Assembly (NCBI GenBank): GCA_964016885.1
Contig: OZ024743.1
Span: 37,200,001 to 37,264,000 of the forward strand
Length of the DNA stretch: 64,000 bases
From: Eledone cirrhosa
Lineage: Eukaryota
Reading direction: 5' to 3'
The notes under the pieces were generated by a model. It saw nothing but the letters and a program-made list of their open reading frames with translations. It was not told the DNA's origin and made no database searches. Each line of letters starts with the position of its first letter. The first letter of the stretch is position 1. This document shows, piece by piece, positions 12,977 to 27,169 of this stretch. The translations under genes and the position numbers were made by a program.

Positions 12977-12982
<6 letters not shown>
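12526..12982. mobile_element. Fold-back unit in (TA)n with a hammerhead on each strand (family H1)
   Basis: Arms 12610-12734 and 12859-12982 are near-perfect reverse complements; a homologous unit lies at 62561-62980. Confidence 0.85.
12873..12937 (+). ncRNA. Type-I hammerhead ribozyme (mirror copy on the minus strand at ~12656-12720)
   Basis: UAUUUUGU-CUGAUGA-AAGcAUACCAU(loop)AUGGUAUcCUU-GAA-AUAUGUAU-A-AUAAAAUA; 8-bp stem I, long stem II, near-palindromic stem III, AUA triplet. Confidence 0.78.
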
Positions 12983-14023
<1,041 letters not shown>

Positions 14024-14203
14024 AATATATATCTCTATATATATATATACACATACATATATATAGATATAGATATATACACATATATACAAATATATAC
14101 ACACACATTTATATCCATATACATGTATATATATATATATATATACATATATATATACATATATATATATATATACATACACACACACACATATATATAT
14201 ATA

Positions 14204-14551
14204 TGGTGGCTGCCAACTCGTTTTCGAGTACGGTCACTACTTTATATCCATGTAGGAGAACTCCTACTGATGCGCTGAACGAGTGTGACATTTTAGTCCA
14301 GCCAGCGACTTGAAAACTCTGGTACAAACACTACACTTGTGACAATTATTGACACATAGTGCTGGGCCCATTGTACCCTGTGATGACAAGTGCAGAGAGA
14401 TCTCTAGATATAAAGCAATGCCTGTGCCGTGAAGCTTTTATAGTGAGCAAAGGCACTGCACAAAGCCAGTCCCACTCTCTTAACCAAGATGATATTTACC
14501 AAAAAGAAGAACAAGTCAACATCATTGGATACCGTCAGGGTTGCAGGTGTT
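14204..14551 (-). mobile_element. Interspersed non-coding repeat, family R (copy 1 of 3)
   Basis: Highly similar to 56465-56815 (same orientation) and 61370-61716 (inverted); bounded by TA/CA microsatellites. Confidence 0.85.
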
Positions 14552-14712
14552 CTATATATATATATATATACATACACATATACATATACACACACACATA
14601 TATACATACATATATACATACATATACATATATATATATATTCGTAATTTCATATAAATTACATATGAATCTATAACAACAGATGAATACGTGTCGACAT
14701 AGTAAAGAAAAC

Positions 14713-14786
<74 letters not shown>

Positions 14787-15227
14787 GACACATATCCACA
14801 CACACACTCACATATACCCACACATACACATACACATATCCGCACACTCAGACGCACAAAGAATATCTTGGTTAAGAAGCAGCAGAAATCAATCAATGAG
14901 CACTAATTAGATTGCAATCGATATTAATAGAAACCGTTAAAATGTTCATTAATATCAGCTGGAGGAGGGTTTTACCATTCCGATACTTATGTTAGGTAAA
15001 TCGATTCTCCCTATACAGATAATAATTAAAAGGTTGGTCGACATGAAGCTTTCGGAAATACGAAATTTCAAAATTTATTTGCCACAAGGCAGATAACTGA
15101 CACATCTGTTTACTTTTTTCCGCCTCCAGGGCTACTTTACTCGATTTATTCAACTATAGTTATCAACTGTTAACCGAAAGGTTGGTGGTTCTTGTCCACC
15201 CAGGGACGTAAGCTACAGTACAAAGAG

Positions 15228-15440
15228 CGGTGGATTGGCAGTATCGGTAGAGCACCGGACACCATGCTTTGCAGCATAGAGTTATGGCCCTTCGTGAGTT
15301 CAGATCCCGCCAAGGTTAACTTTGCCTCTTATCCTTACAGGGTCGATAAAATAAAGCACGAGTAACGTACAGGGGTCGATTTAATCGACTTTCCCCTCCC
15401 CAAAATGGCTGGCCTTCTGCCCATACTAGAAATCATTATA
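15228..15440 (+). mobile_element. SINE family A copy
   Basis: ggtggattggcagtatcggtagag head, core and tail as at 1884. Confidence 0.85.
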
Positions 15441-15483
15441 TATATAGAAATCACTTCTACCAGACTATAACTCTTTCATTTGT

Positions 15484-15534
<51 letters not shown>

Positions 15535-15542
<8 letters not shown>

Positions 15543-16178
15543 GGAAAAATTTGAACAGGGATAAAACTGAGAGGCAGTACAACAAATGTTTATTAATTTC
15601 ACGCTCTGGAGAGTGGAGTGTTGGTGGGGGACGACGTTTCGGGCATAAACCCTTCCTCAGGTGGGAAGTGTGTGGGAACAGAGTTCAAAGGGTGTGTAGG
15701 GGAGTGGTGGAGAGACATATAGCGAAAGGAAACGGTGCGAATGAAAAAATAAAAAATAAAGATAAAAATAAAAATAAAGCATGATCAAAATCATAAAGGT
15801 AAAAACACAGGCAACCGTGAACAAAAAATCATAGAAATACAATTGTAAGAACACAGGCAAAGAATCTTATACAGAAAAAAACAAGTACAGTAACAAAATC
15901 AAAGAGAGGTAATGCGTGGAAGGAAAGACCAAGTGTGGGAAGGTGTGTAAAGTTCGGAGAAAGGTCACGGCGGATTAGATCGGGGTTGAGCCGGTAGTTA
16001 AGTTATGTTCCAAGGAATGGAAGCCGTGTGAGCGTGTATTATATATAATGGAAAAATTTGAACAGGGACAAAACAGAGAGGCAGTACAACAAATGTTTAT
16101 TAATTTCACGCACTGGAGAGTGGGGTGTTGGTGGGGGACGACGTTTCGGGCATAAGCCCTTCCTCAGGTGGGAAGTGT
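15535..16178 (-). mobile_element. Non-autonomous Penelope pLTR tandem (507-bp unit + partial repeat) with two hammerhead cores
   Basis: 15535-15671 repeats at 16042-16178 (offset 507). Minus strand has CTGAGGA-a-GGG(T/C)-ttat-GCCC-GAAACGTC at 15633-15660 and 16140-16167. Homologous to 7330-7700 of the Neptune element. Confidence 0.85.
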
Positions 16179-16883
16179 GTATGTGTGTGTGTGTGTGTGT
16201 TTGTGTATTTGCATGTGTAATCGTGTCTATATTTACGTTTACTGTTTATTTATGTACCGCAACTTAGTGGTTCGAGAAAAATGAGATCGATAAAGTAAGT
16301 ACCAGATTTGAAAAAATAAGTAATATGGTGATGCTGACCGTGACGAAATTTGAACTCAGAACGTAAAATGATGGAATCAAAAACTGTAAAGCACTTTGTT
16401 TTTATTCGAGGCTCTATTAATCCATGTAGAAATCTCACTGGGATTTGAACTCGAAATGTAGACAAAGCTGGTGTCTGTACAGCAAATCATTCCACCGTTG
16501 TCCAATTGTTCCACTAAAAAATTGTTGTGGATTCTCGTGGTTTTCTTATGGAATTAATTGTCTTTCTCACAAATTCACCTTCGTTCACATTTGTCACGGA
16601 GATATCTTCCAGATGGGCCCAACTGCCATATCGCCATTAATAATTTGTGTATATGTGTGTATGTGTGTGTGAGTATGGAATCTAATGAAAGAGTAGATAA
16701 GAAGAAGAAACTCATACACACTGTCGGTTTATATGTAAAACAGAGACACATTCAAACACAGAAACATACACACTTGCACTGAAATCCAAAGAAACACACA
16801 TAGACACATGGAAGACACACGCATAAAATACACACCATACACACGTACTACTTACACACGCACTCACTATATATATATATATT

Positions 16884-16954
<71 letters not shown>

Positions 16955-17774
16955 GTTTTTATATATATATATATACATGTTTTTATATATATATATATAT
17001 GTGTCTATATTGAATACAAATCAGATAAGAAGAGAGTAACATAATGTGAATAACAATAGCAATAGAGTTCCCAGTTAAGAGAGAAAATCAACTAAATCAA
17101 TGTCGCTGACCTTTTTAATCCCAGCTACTGACCTTGGCTTAAATCTAGTCTTAGCGATACTGTCTTTGGACATCTTACATCTTTCACATACCAATTCAAT
17201 AGTGAATCTGCAGAGCCATTCATTAGAATCTATGCCTTTTGCTTATATCTGTAGCTTGTATGTGAATTTGTGTGTGTACATTTGTAATACTTATGTGTGT
17301 TTGTGTATTTATATCTAACGTGTATGTGCGTATCGCTATCAGTAATATATATGTGTGTTTGTGTCTCTGTTATGTATGTATGAGTGTATATGTAACAGTT
17401 ACGTGTATCTGTATTTTCGTGTTTGTTACGTGTTTGTGTGTGTATGAGTAACCATGTATGTGTATTTGTGTATGAATTACTCCTGTATTATATATTACAT
17501 ATAGTATATGTCATTGTGTGTCTGTGACATGTATATGAATATGTGTATCTGTTACATATGTGTGTTTATGTGTTTGTGCATTTGTGTACGCCGTTTGTGT
17601 GTCAGTTAACATGTGTGTAAGTGTGTGCATGTCTGTTACACGTATGTGTGTGTTTGGATTTAACAGTGTTTGAATATTGTATGTGTATGTGTGTGTATGT
17701 GAGATAGAAACTGTCTGTATAAGTGGTTGTTTGTGTGTGTATGTTTGTATGTGTATGGGAACGGATGTGATGAT

Positions 17775-18800
17775 GCATGGCTTAGTGGTTAGGGTGTTTA
17801 TCTAGCAATCGTACGATCGTAGGTACAGCGTGTTCTTAGGCAAGGGACTTTACTTCGCATTGCTCCAGTGTTCTCTGTAGGCAAAGATGAGTTGTACTTT
17901 TATTTCAAAGGACCGGCCTTGTCACACACTGTGCCACACGGAACCTATCTGAAAACTGTATTATGGGTACACGTGTCTGTAGAAATCTTCAACCACTTGA
18001 ACGTTAATTTCAAGAGTTCTGTTGGTCAAACAACTGGAACACTGAACGTCGCAACCGACGAAGGTCCGTTCCTTGTTGTGTATGTGCGCATGTATGTCTC
18101 TGTTACGTGTGTGTGTGTGGGTCTATTATGTGTGTGAGTTTGTTACATGTGTGTGTGTGTCTGTGTTTGAATGCGTTTGTGTTTGGCATGTATACATGTG
18201 TGTGTATGTGTGTTTTGATTTGAATGTGTTTTGCATATGTGTGTGTGTAAGTGTGAATGTGATTGTGTTTTTTATGTGTGTATGTGTGGGTTTGAATGTG
18301 TTTTGCATGTGTGTGTGTGTGTGTATGTGTGTGTCTATGTGTCTGTCGGTTGCGTGTGTGTCGATCGTTAGGTCGTGAGTTCGATTCCTGGCGGTGCCTT
18401 GCATTCTTTAGCAAGGTACTTTATTTAACGCTACTTCAGTGCCCTCTTCTGGTAAAATAAGTTGTACCTGTAAATGCTAGTTTTGCTCACATAGTATGTC
18501 ACGCTGAATCTCACCGAGAATTACGTTAAGCGTACATATGTCGGTAAAATACTCAGCAGCATGCACGTTATGTCATGAGCATGTGTTCCCGTTGTCTATA
18601 TAACTGGGAAACTCATCGTCATAACCGACGAAGGTCCGACACACATGTTGTTCTAGTTCAGTCAGCTGTCAAAACTATGTTGTACTTGTAATTCAAAGGG
18701 CCAGCCTTATTCACACAGTGACTCACCCCGAATCTCCCTGTGAATTGCGTTAAGAGTATATGTATTTGTGGTATGCTAAGCCACTACACGCTACTTTTAC
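17775..18800 (+). mobile_element. Cluster of tRNA-derived SINE family B copies (17775-18070, 18360-18640, 18645-18800)
   Basis: tggcttagtggttagggtg head, gttcgattcc B-box, shared body gttgtac(c/t)t..ttcaaagg..c.gccttgtcacac and 3' end aaccgacgaaggtcc. Other copies at ~24775-25010, 27540-27875 (-), 31848-32510, 44162-44210. Confidence 0.75.
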
Positions 18801-19222
18801 GACAATAATGAACTTGGACATCAGAAATTACGAGATAAAAGAAGAAAAAGAAAATATTAAAGACAAGGTTGATCTCAGCAGGATTTGAACTGAGAGACAA
18901 CAGAGAGCTGGAACAAATACTGCAAATCATTCTATCCGACATTCTAACGAACCTTCCACGTCTTCGCTCTCGCCTCTACATAATAGACGCATGTAGACAT
19001 ATGTTATCTAGCCGCAAATTAACTACTAAACTAAGGCAATCCTCTATTTCCACTAACGAGCATGCTATTCTCCATATATAATGATCAATATTTCATAGAA
19101 TAAACATAGATGCAGACATGCCTGTATGCTCAAGGAGTCCCTTTCGCAATTATGTAGTTTGGGGATCAGTGCTAATGTCTCTCGGCACCATGTGGAAGTC
19201 GGTCATATGTCTATACACACAC

Positions 19223-19340
<118 letters not shown>

Positions 19341-19510
19341 TGAGAGAGTGTGCGGTGCTGAGACCAGTCAGACCACTAATCAGGGGAATACTCAATGCAT
19401 ATGTAATATAATTAAAAAATATTTTCCGAAGAGGATCGGGTAGAAATCACAATTAACAATGGTACACAATATAGTAGTGGGGAAGATACATATATATTTC
19501 ATATAAAAAA

Positions 19511-19560
19511 TGACCTTTATAGGACTAGAACTGTTTCATTCGTTTGAAATCATCAGGTAT
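19511..19560 (-). ncRNA. Degenerate hammerhead homologous to 12036-12086
   Basis: CUGAUGA-uuucaaacgaau-GAAACAG-uucuaguc-CUAUA; a mismatch in stem III and a poor stem I. A further mutated copy (CUGGUGA) lies at ~57375-57403. Confidence 0.5.
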
Positions 19561-19799
19561 GTCCTGCAACTGCAATAAATCATTAGCGCATTAAAAGCTA
19601 CGTTGGTTGGGGTAATTATAATTTTATTGATTTATTCCTTTGGCTTTCTCCATGTATCGTTGTTGTATTTTACATGTTAGTAAATCTAATGATTCAACTC
19701 TGATTTAAAAATCTAATTTATTTTCATCGTACTTAATTCGACTTGTGTTACTGCCTTGGAAAAAAAACGTCTGTTTATTTCGAAAACACTGTTATCATT

Positions 19800-20310
19800 T
19801 AGGTTAACTTTGCCTTTCATCCTTACGGGGTCGATAAAATAAAGTACCAGTCACGCACTGGGGTCGATTTAATCGACTTTCTCCTCCCCCCATATTGCTG
19901 AACTTGTGCCTATATATAAGAAGCCATTATGATCTGAGTTCAAATCCCGCCGAGGTTGACTTTGCCTTTCATCCTTACAGGGTCGATAAAATAAAGTACC
20001 AGTAATACACTGGGTAATTGCTGGCCTTGTGCCTAATATAGAAACAATTATTATTAAGGGCGTTGGATTGACAGAATCGCTAGAGTGTCAGACACCATGC
20101 TTTACAGCATAGAGTTATGTCCTTTTACGTTCTGAGTTTAAAACCCAGCCGAGGGTAGCTTTGCCTATTGACGGGGTCGATAAAATATAGTACCAATAAC
20201 GTACTGAGATCGATAAAATAAAGTACCAGTAACGTACCGGGGTCGATTTAATCGACTTTCCCGTCCACCCGAATTACTGGCCTTGTGCCTATACTAGAAA
20301 TCATTATTAT
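19800..20310 (+). mobile_element. Head-to-tail stack of three SINE family A copies
   Basis: The core gcctttcatccttac(g/a)gggtcgataaaataaagtacc occurs three or more times in tandem. Confidence 0.8.
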
Positions 20311-20639
20311 GACTGACTTGTAAAGACGTGTTATTGCGAGCTTCAAAAGGTTTCTTGGTTTTAAGTTGTGTGGAATTGTTATTTGTAGAATATTTTTGTT
20401 GTTAAGTGTTAATAAGTCACTATATATTGCCTTCTGTAAATAAGTTAAAATAATATTTGGACCCAAGCCCAAATATCGGAACTTTTAAAAAGAACAACTT
20501 TTCTTAAAAAAAACAAACATGGCGGACACCAAAAGAGAACAGCGGTTCGTTCGATCAACAGTACATCCACCTTTCTACCAACAACAGTAACAGCAACAGC
20601 TACACTAAAGAGAGTAATACCACCAAATCACGCTTATTT

Positions 20640-21180
20640 CATGAATGTAGTTTTCCCTTCATGGCTCTGATGCTGTAGATTTTGATGGAGAATGGAAACT
20701 CCACTATTCAGGTGGGACGCCAGAAATGTCTGCACAGGTGGGAGTGGGGATACTCACAAGCCCCCGGTTGACAGAATGTGTTATGAACTGGATCCCGTTA
20801 GGAGGGAAGATTTGCCTCTTGAAGCTTAGGCTGAAAGATAGGTCTCTGTAGGTGGTGCAAGTTTATGCACCAAACAGGCCCTTTCTTGATGAAGTCACTG
20901 CAGTGTTAGATGTAGTTACGACTGATGGATATATCTCGATGGGAGACTTCAATGCACATGTTGGCACTGACGAACTGACATGGAAAGGAGTGATTGAAAG
21001 GAATAGTGACCCGATCTAAATACGAATGGAGAGGCCTTACTAGACTTCTGTACAAGCAATGGACTCTCTATTATGAACACCTTCTTTCAGTACAGAGACA
21101 TCCATAAATATACATGGTATAAGGGAAACCAAGGACAGAAATCGATAATTGATTTTGTAAAATGTCTTTTCAGCAGACGT
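20640..21180 (+). pseudogene. APE endonuclease fragment of an RTE (Rex3/Expander-like) LINE
   Basis: GWKLHYSG..GVGILTSPRL; VVQVYAPN; LMGDFNAHVG..TWKGVI; NGEALLDFCTSNGLSIMNTFFQYRDIHKYTWY..SIIDF, with stops and frameshifts. Confidence 0.85.
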
Positions 21181-21834
21181 ACATTCCTCGTCCGCCTTTT
21201 TCTTAAACAAAAATTGAGGGACGTTTCTGATAAACAAACCTAGGTTTAGCCCCAAAATGATACAGATGGAGAAACACTAACCAGCTCCATTAGATCGTGG
21301 TTAGTTTATCTATGAAACGGTAACAAATTATCAATAAATAACTTTGTGTAACAATATAAATTATAACAAACGTACAAGTGCGACGTGAACCACGTCTCGA
21401 AAGACTCAGCAACAAAGATAACGATAATAATCATAATAATAATGATAAAAATAACAATAATAATAACAACAACAATACAAAACTAAAATGAAATGCAACG
21501 GCACTATATATAAAACAATACAACCGAGGGCAATTCTATATAAACTTGTATGTATAATAGGTAAAATTTCGTATTCAAAGACAGGTTTGAAAAGCGAAAT
21601 TTTAAAATTGGATGAAAAAATTATAATTGAATAAAGAAGTAAAGATAATACTATAGATTTATTTATAAATTCTATTGTTTGAAGAAGGGAAAAGTTACAT
21701 AATTCAGGTTGTTGAGGTTTTAGAAACAATTTTTTATAATAAATTTTCATAGTAATGTAATATGAATTTTTTTAAAAGCAGGAATATTTTAAGTTGAATT
21801 TGAAGAAATTAAATTCTTTTATTCTTTTAATAAA

Positions 21835-23032
21835 TTGAGACTACGGTCATGCTACAGCACTTATTCAAGGGGAGTGTTTTGGCAAACAAATCGACTCCAG
21901 TACTTATTTTTTAATACTTAGCACTAATTTTATCGATTTTTTTTTGTCGAACTGCTAGGTAATACATGCACATAGACATAGACACAGACACACATAGGCA
22001 CACACACACACACACACACACATACACAAATATATAGTTTGTATGTTTAACTGGAGAGGAGAAGGAGCTAAGTGACACGTTCCTTTTTGTTCTTGATTTC
22101 AAATCCTACCGTTTTAACTTTGCTTTTCATCCGTCAAGGGTCGATAAAATATACACCGAGAGCGTTTGAATCAACTATACTTCTATTTCAAAAAACGTGT
22201 GGTTTGCACATACGTTAAAATTCTACAGCGTCACTCGCAATCAAGTATGACTTGGTAGTTGAATTTGTAGTCACAGCTTTAAGGAGATTTTTTTTGTTGA
22301 TCATATCGCCCCTAGTACTTATTTTTTCATGCCTGGTACTTACTTGTCGAACCGCTAAGTATGCATCATGCATACTTAAGGGTTTTAGGTAAGCCTGAAG
22401 TCACAAACAGACTCAGAATCCCTGGCCCTCGCTCTCAACGGAATAACTAGGATTTGACAACTAAAAGGAGGAAGGGCTGCACCATCACTGGGACGGTACT
22501 TTCTTTATCGAAACTGAAAGAATGAAGACAAATTGGCTCCCGACTGAATTTGAACTCAGAACGCAGAGACCTGGTATAACGCTCTGACTACCTTGCACCT
22601 TCGTTAGGAAACATTAAGTGAGATGGTGGTGGATTAGTAGTCGTTATAGCATAGGACAAATGCTTACTTAGCTCTTTACTTTCTGAATTCAAATGTGATT
22701 TTTATCCTACCGAGGTCGATAAAATGATATACCAGTCAAGCACTAGGCTCGATATAGTCGACTTGCCCTATCTCTAAATTACTTGTGTCAAAATTAGAAA
22801 TCATTATTTCGTGTGCTAAAAGTAGAAACAATTATTTTGTGAAAGTGAATTGGCAATATGGGTAGAGGGTTGGACGCCATGCTTTCCAGCATAGTTGCGT
22901 CCATTTACAGTCTGAGTTCAAATCTCGCCGAGGTTAACTTTGCCTTTCATCCTTACGGGGTCGATAAAATAAAGTACCAGTAATGTACTGGTTAATTGCT
23001 GGCCTTGTGCCTAAAGTAGAAACAATTATTTC
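21835..23032. mobile_element. Cluster of decayed SINE fragments ending in a full family A copy (22845-23032)
   Basis: Recurrent tcgataaaat..accag and gaac(c/t)gctaag motifs; intact copy at 22845. Confidence 0.6.
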
Positions 23033-23499
23033 GTGAAAGGATGGGAGCACACGTGACCTGGGAGATCAAAGTGTTTGAAATACATCTTCGTTGTCTATAG
23101 TCTTTTGTTGATGATTTTGTTATTTCCATTGTCGCTGCAGTTGTTGTATAACCCCAGGTCAATCACGATCAAGCAAATCTATGATGAAGGTAAGTTCTAG
23201 CAAGGATATTTCAGGCTAGGGAGATCAAAGTGTTTGACACTTAGTATGGAGGTTTATTGGCTGTAGTAGTAGTTGCTGCTGTTGTAGTTGCATTAATTGT
23301 TGTAGTCGTTGCTGCTGTGGTTGCTACTGTTGCTGCTGCTGTTGCTGTTTTTGTGTGTAGTTGTTATTTTGTTGCTCTCGTTGTTGTTGTTGTTGCTGCG
23401 ATTGTTGTTGTTGCTGTTTTTGTTGTTGTTTTGTATTTCTGAGTCAACAGTAGTCCAAATCTATGTGTTTTAACACCGATGTGTTTTAACACTTATAAA

Positions 23500-23580
23500 A
23501 TAGTAGTAATAGTGGTAGCAGTAGTGGTAGTAGTAGTAGTAGTGGTAGTGGTAGTAGTAGTGGTAGTAGTAGTAGTAGTG

Positions 23581-23611
<31 letters not shown>

Positions 23612-23631
23612 TAGTAGTGGTGGTAGTAGTG

Positions 23632-23676
<45 letters not shown>

Positions 23677-23745
23677 ATAGTGGTAGTAGCAGCACCATCT
23701 GCAGTAGCAACAATAGCAGCAATAGCAGAAAGAGTAGCATTAGTG
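23500..23745. repeat. (GTA/GTG)n microsatellite
   Basis: Direct reading. Confidence 0.95.
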
Positions 23746-24280
23746 GACTTCACTAAATACACTATCTAATGGTCATCTGATGATGTTAAACTAAGAACTG
23801 ATTGATTCTACGACCCAACTATAAGAACAGTCCATCTTACAGACTTCCACACAATTTTTCCATATAAAATTTCGCTCACAAAAGTTTTGTTGACCCGAGA
23901 GCTTGTAGAAAACAGTTGTCTAAGGAGCCACAGAGTCAACTTCAGTCAACTTTTACTTTCGTCTTTTCGCGATCAATAAAATCATATACCGATCCAGAGC
24001 AGTGAATTGGTAGAATGATTGTGAATCGGACAAGATGCTTTGTGGCATAGAGTTATGGCCCTTTACACTCTGAGTTCAAATCCCGCTTAGTCTTTCATTC
24101 TTAGGTGCTCGATAAAAAAGTACAAGTAACGCACTGGAGTTGATTTAATCGACATTCCCTCCCCTAAAATGGTTGGCCTTGTCCCTAAATCAGAAACCAT
24201 TATGGGTTTCAACTCTTTGTGTGCTGAGTTCAAATGGGATTTAAGGCTACTTGGTTGTTCTTTATAAGCCATCACCTGTT

Positions 24281-24450
24281 TTACCCCCACCACCTGGTCC
24301 TTGACTGGTAGACACAATCCGTTACCTATTTTAACACCACCCCCTGGTTCTTGGGTGGTAGACATATTCTGCCACCTATTATAATACCACCACCTCGTCC
24401 TTGGCTGGTAGACACAATCCGTTACCTATTTTAACATTATCACCTGGCCC
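24281..24450. repeat. 50-bp tandem repeat, ~3.4 copies
   Basis: Unit ~accaccacctggtccttg(a/g)ctggtagacacaatccgttacctattttaac, with A-B-A variant order. Confidence 0.85.
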
Positions 24451-25631
24451 TTTAGCAGACTCTACTCTTTTTAAACCATACAGAACATATCTCCTTCTCC
24501 CCCACCAACTTCAAGGGCCCTGAAGAGTGTCATGGATACTGCTCTTGTCTTCCTGAAGTGAAAAAATGTAAATAAAAGTGACAATGAACCCCAAAACATA
24601 TCACTTAACTACATTGTCATAATCCCTACCGGGTTTAACACCACCATCATGTTCTTGGGTTATGCAATCAGTGAAGCCACTTTGTTGTAAATTTAGGTCT
24701 CACACCAGTCGCTAAACTGTACCCTGAAAGGGGCTATGGACACTGCGCTTAAACCTGATGTGGTTGTTATTGTTGCTGTGGTCTAGTAGTTAGTGTTCTT
24801 CGGTTCACGATCCTAAGGTTATGGCTTCGATAACCGGCGGCGGTTGTGACTTAGTTCCCTTTGCTCCTGTTCACTCATTGGGTTACAATGAATCTCCATG
24901 AGAATTACTCTTTGTGGAATGCTCAGCCATGTACACCTTCATTTCACGAGACCCCTGATCTGTCGATAAAAAAACTAAAACACGCTTCGTCTGAATCGAC
25001 GGAGGTCCAACACATACATCGTCGCTATTGTTGCTGCTATTGCTGTACTACAGCTACTTCTTCCCAAGTCTTTCAATTATCGTTTTGTTTTGAACTAAAG
25101 TCTCTGTTACTAATGCCGTTATTGATCTTTTCCCTTATTTCTTGTACAAAATTACCTGAAGCCATTCACTATAGTAAACATGACTAATTCTGTGGATTGT
25201 ATTACAGGAAAAGTAAGTCGTTTCCCACCCTCCGTATTATATTTTCTTTGCTAGATAGCAGCTCAATATACTCTGTTTAAATTAGTTTATTATATTTTCA
25301 GCCTCAAGAGATATATTTACTACCATATTTTCCTTGTTTTTCCTTAGTTTTCCTCGTTTTTATTCTTATTGTTTTTCCTGGTTATTCTTCTTACAGGAAG
25401 AAGAAGAAAACATAAGTAAAAACAACAAAACAATTTTAGTTTTCTGCAGATGAGCTTATATTTCTGTAGTTCCTGTTTTAGCAAACGATGTGTTGTTTAT
25501 ACGCACACACCAACACATATAAACATATAAATACACAAATACTCAGATACAAACACACACGTACACCCAAACACTCTCTAGCACACATATGTATGTGATG
25601 TGCATATTATATATATATATATATACATGTG

Positions 25632-25679
<48 letters not shown>

Positions 25680-26074
25680 AGTATATATATAAGTATATAT
25701 ATATATATACATGTGTATGTATATACATATATGTATATATATATGTATGTATATTTATCTAATTATATATATATATATGTGTGTATATAAATATATATGT
25801 ATGTATATATATATATATATGTATATGCATATAGATATATATACATATATATATACATATGTGTGTGCGTGCGTGTGTATAAAACATATTTAGTATTGGT
25901 GCTTTTACAATGTTTTATTTCAATGCTATTGTGAAATACTGAGTATATTCATGAATTTTATCCAAAGGTATGTGTAATAAATGTAAATATTTTGTCCACA
26001 AAAAATCTTATGTAGCGAGAAAATGTAGATGTACCCAGTAGTAAAAAAAATTATATATGTATATATATATACAC

Positions 26075-26117
<43 letters not shown>

Positions 26118-26119
<2 letters not shown>

Positions 26120-26197
26120 ACACGTTTTTATTGTATGTAAACTTCCCCCTTTGTATTTGTCCCCTTCTTTTGTGCCCCTGTGGCTAATAAAGAAACA
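26118..26197 (+). mobile_element. 80-bp 3'-terminal fragment of the Tx1 family inside (TATC)n
   Basis: Near-identical to 52452-52510 and 52574-52654 (ttacacgtttttattgtatgtaaac..tggctaataaagaaa); (TATC)n on both sides. Confidence 0.9.
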
Positions 26198-26249
<52 letters not shown>

Positions 26250-26391
26250 AATCTATATATCTATCAATCTATCTATATATTCACACACACACACACACAG
26301 ACACACAGAGAAAAATAAATATGTATGAACAATATATATGAATTGCAAGTGCAGAACATAACTGCAACAATAGTTGATTGCTATCAGTAAT

Positions 26392-26930
26392 AGCTTAGAA
26401 AATCGAATAAAATACCCCTTGCGACTAAAAAGAAGTGGCCAACTACTGCTATGGAGAATGGCACATCTCATGTCTCGAATTCCGACCAAATTCTCTAACC
26501 ATTCAGTTATGGTATCTCTGGCCGCAGAAGGTGTCTGAATGAGGTAGCAGAACAACTTGAATGTAAAACACCGTTTATACAAATAATCGAAGCGCTGGGC
26601 AATTTGAAATTTTTTAGAAAATGTAGAAGTCCCAGAAAATAACTGTAACAACAGTAAATTGCTTTAACTAATAGGTTAGAAAAATCGAGTAAAATACCCC
26701 TAGTGACAGAAAAGAAGGCCCAGCCTTTCGATAGTGTTTATAAATGGTTTATTTACATCCAAGCTGTTTACTATAGATATCTTAATGAGAGGGAATCTGT
26801 TGCCAGAAGCCCGTAAACTCAATTTTTAGAGCTTTTGGTCGGAATTTGGAAGATATGGAGTTAGATTCTTGAAGCAACTATTGATCACTTTTTCCAGACA
26901 TTAGGGATATTTTACCCACTTTTCTAAGCT
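26392..26930. mobile_element. Old palindromic MITE/foldback DNA element
   Basis: Three colinear inverted matches: agcttagaaaa..taaaata.ccct, aattccgaccaaa..ctctaa, aaca.cttg.atgtaaa..tcgaa..gctgggc. Confidence 0.7.
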
Positions 26931-27084
26931 TTTATTTAATTTACATCTAGTGTACTTTTATTTCCCTAAGTTATAGGTGCTGTATGATTGAATGAAACAT
27001 GAAGGGCGTTTCAGTGACTGAAACCAATAAAATAAATACAATAGGCGCACACAACTCGCACTCGTTCACCCCCATCCCCACACG

Positions 27085-27169
<85 letters not shown>

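Noticed and set aside
24515-24570. ctgaaga..gaaa hammerhead-like motif after the 50-bp repeat
   Set aside because: No stems II or III can be formed.
25200-25420. Possible host exons (ttacag..gtaagt; pyrimidine tract + cag)
   Set aside because: Only isolated splice-like signals with no coding or homology support; the same applies to ttggtaagt at ~61883.
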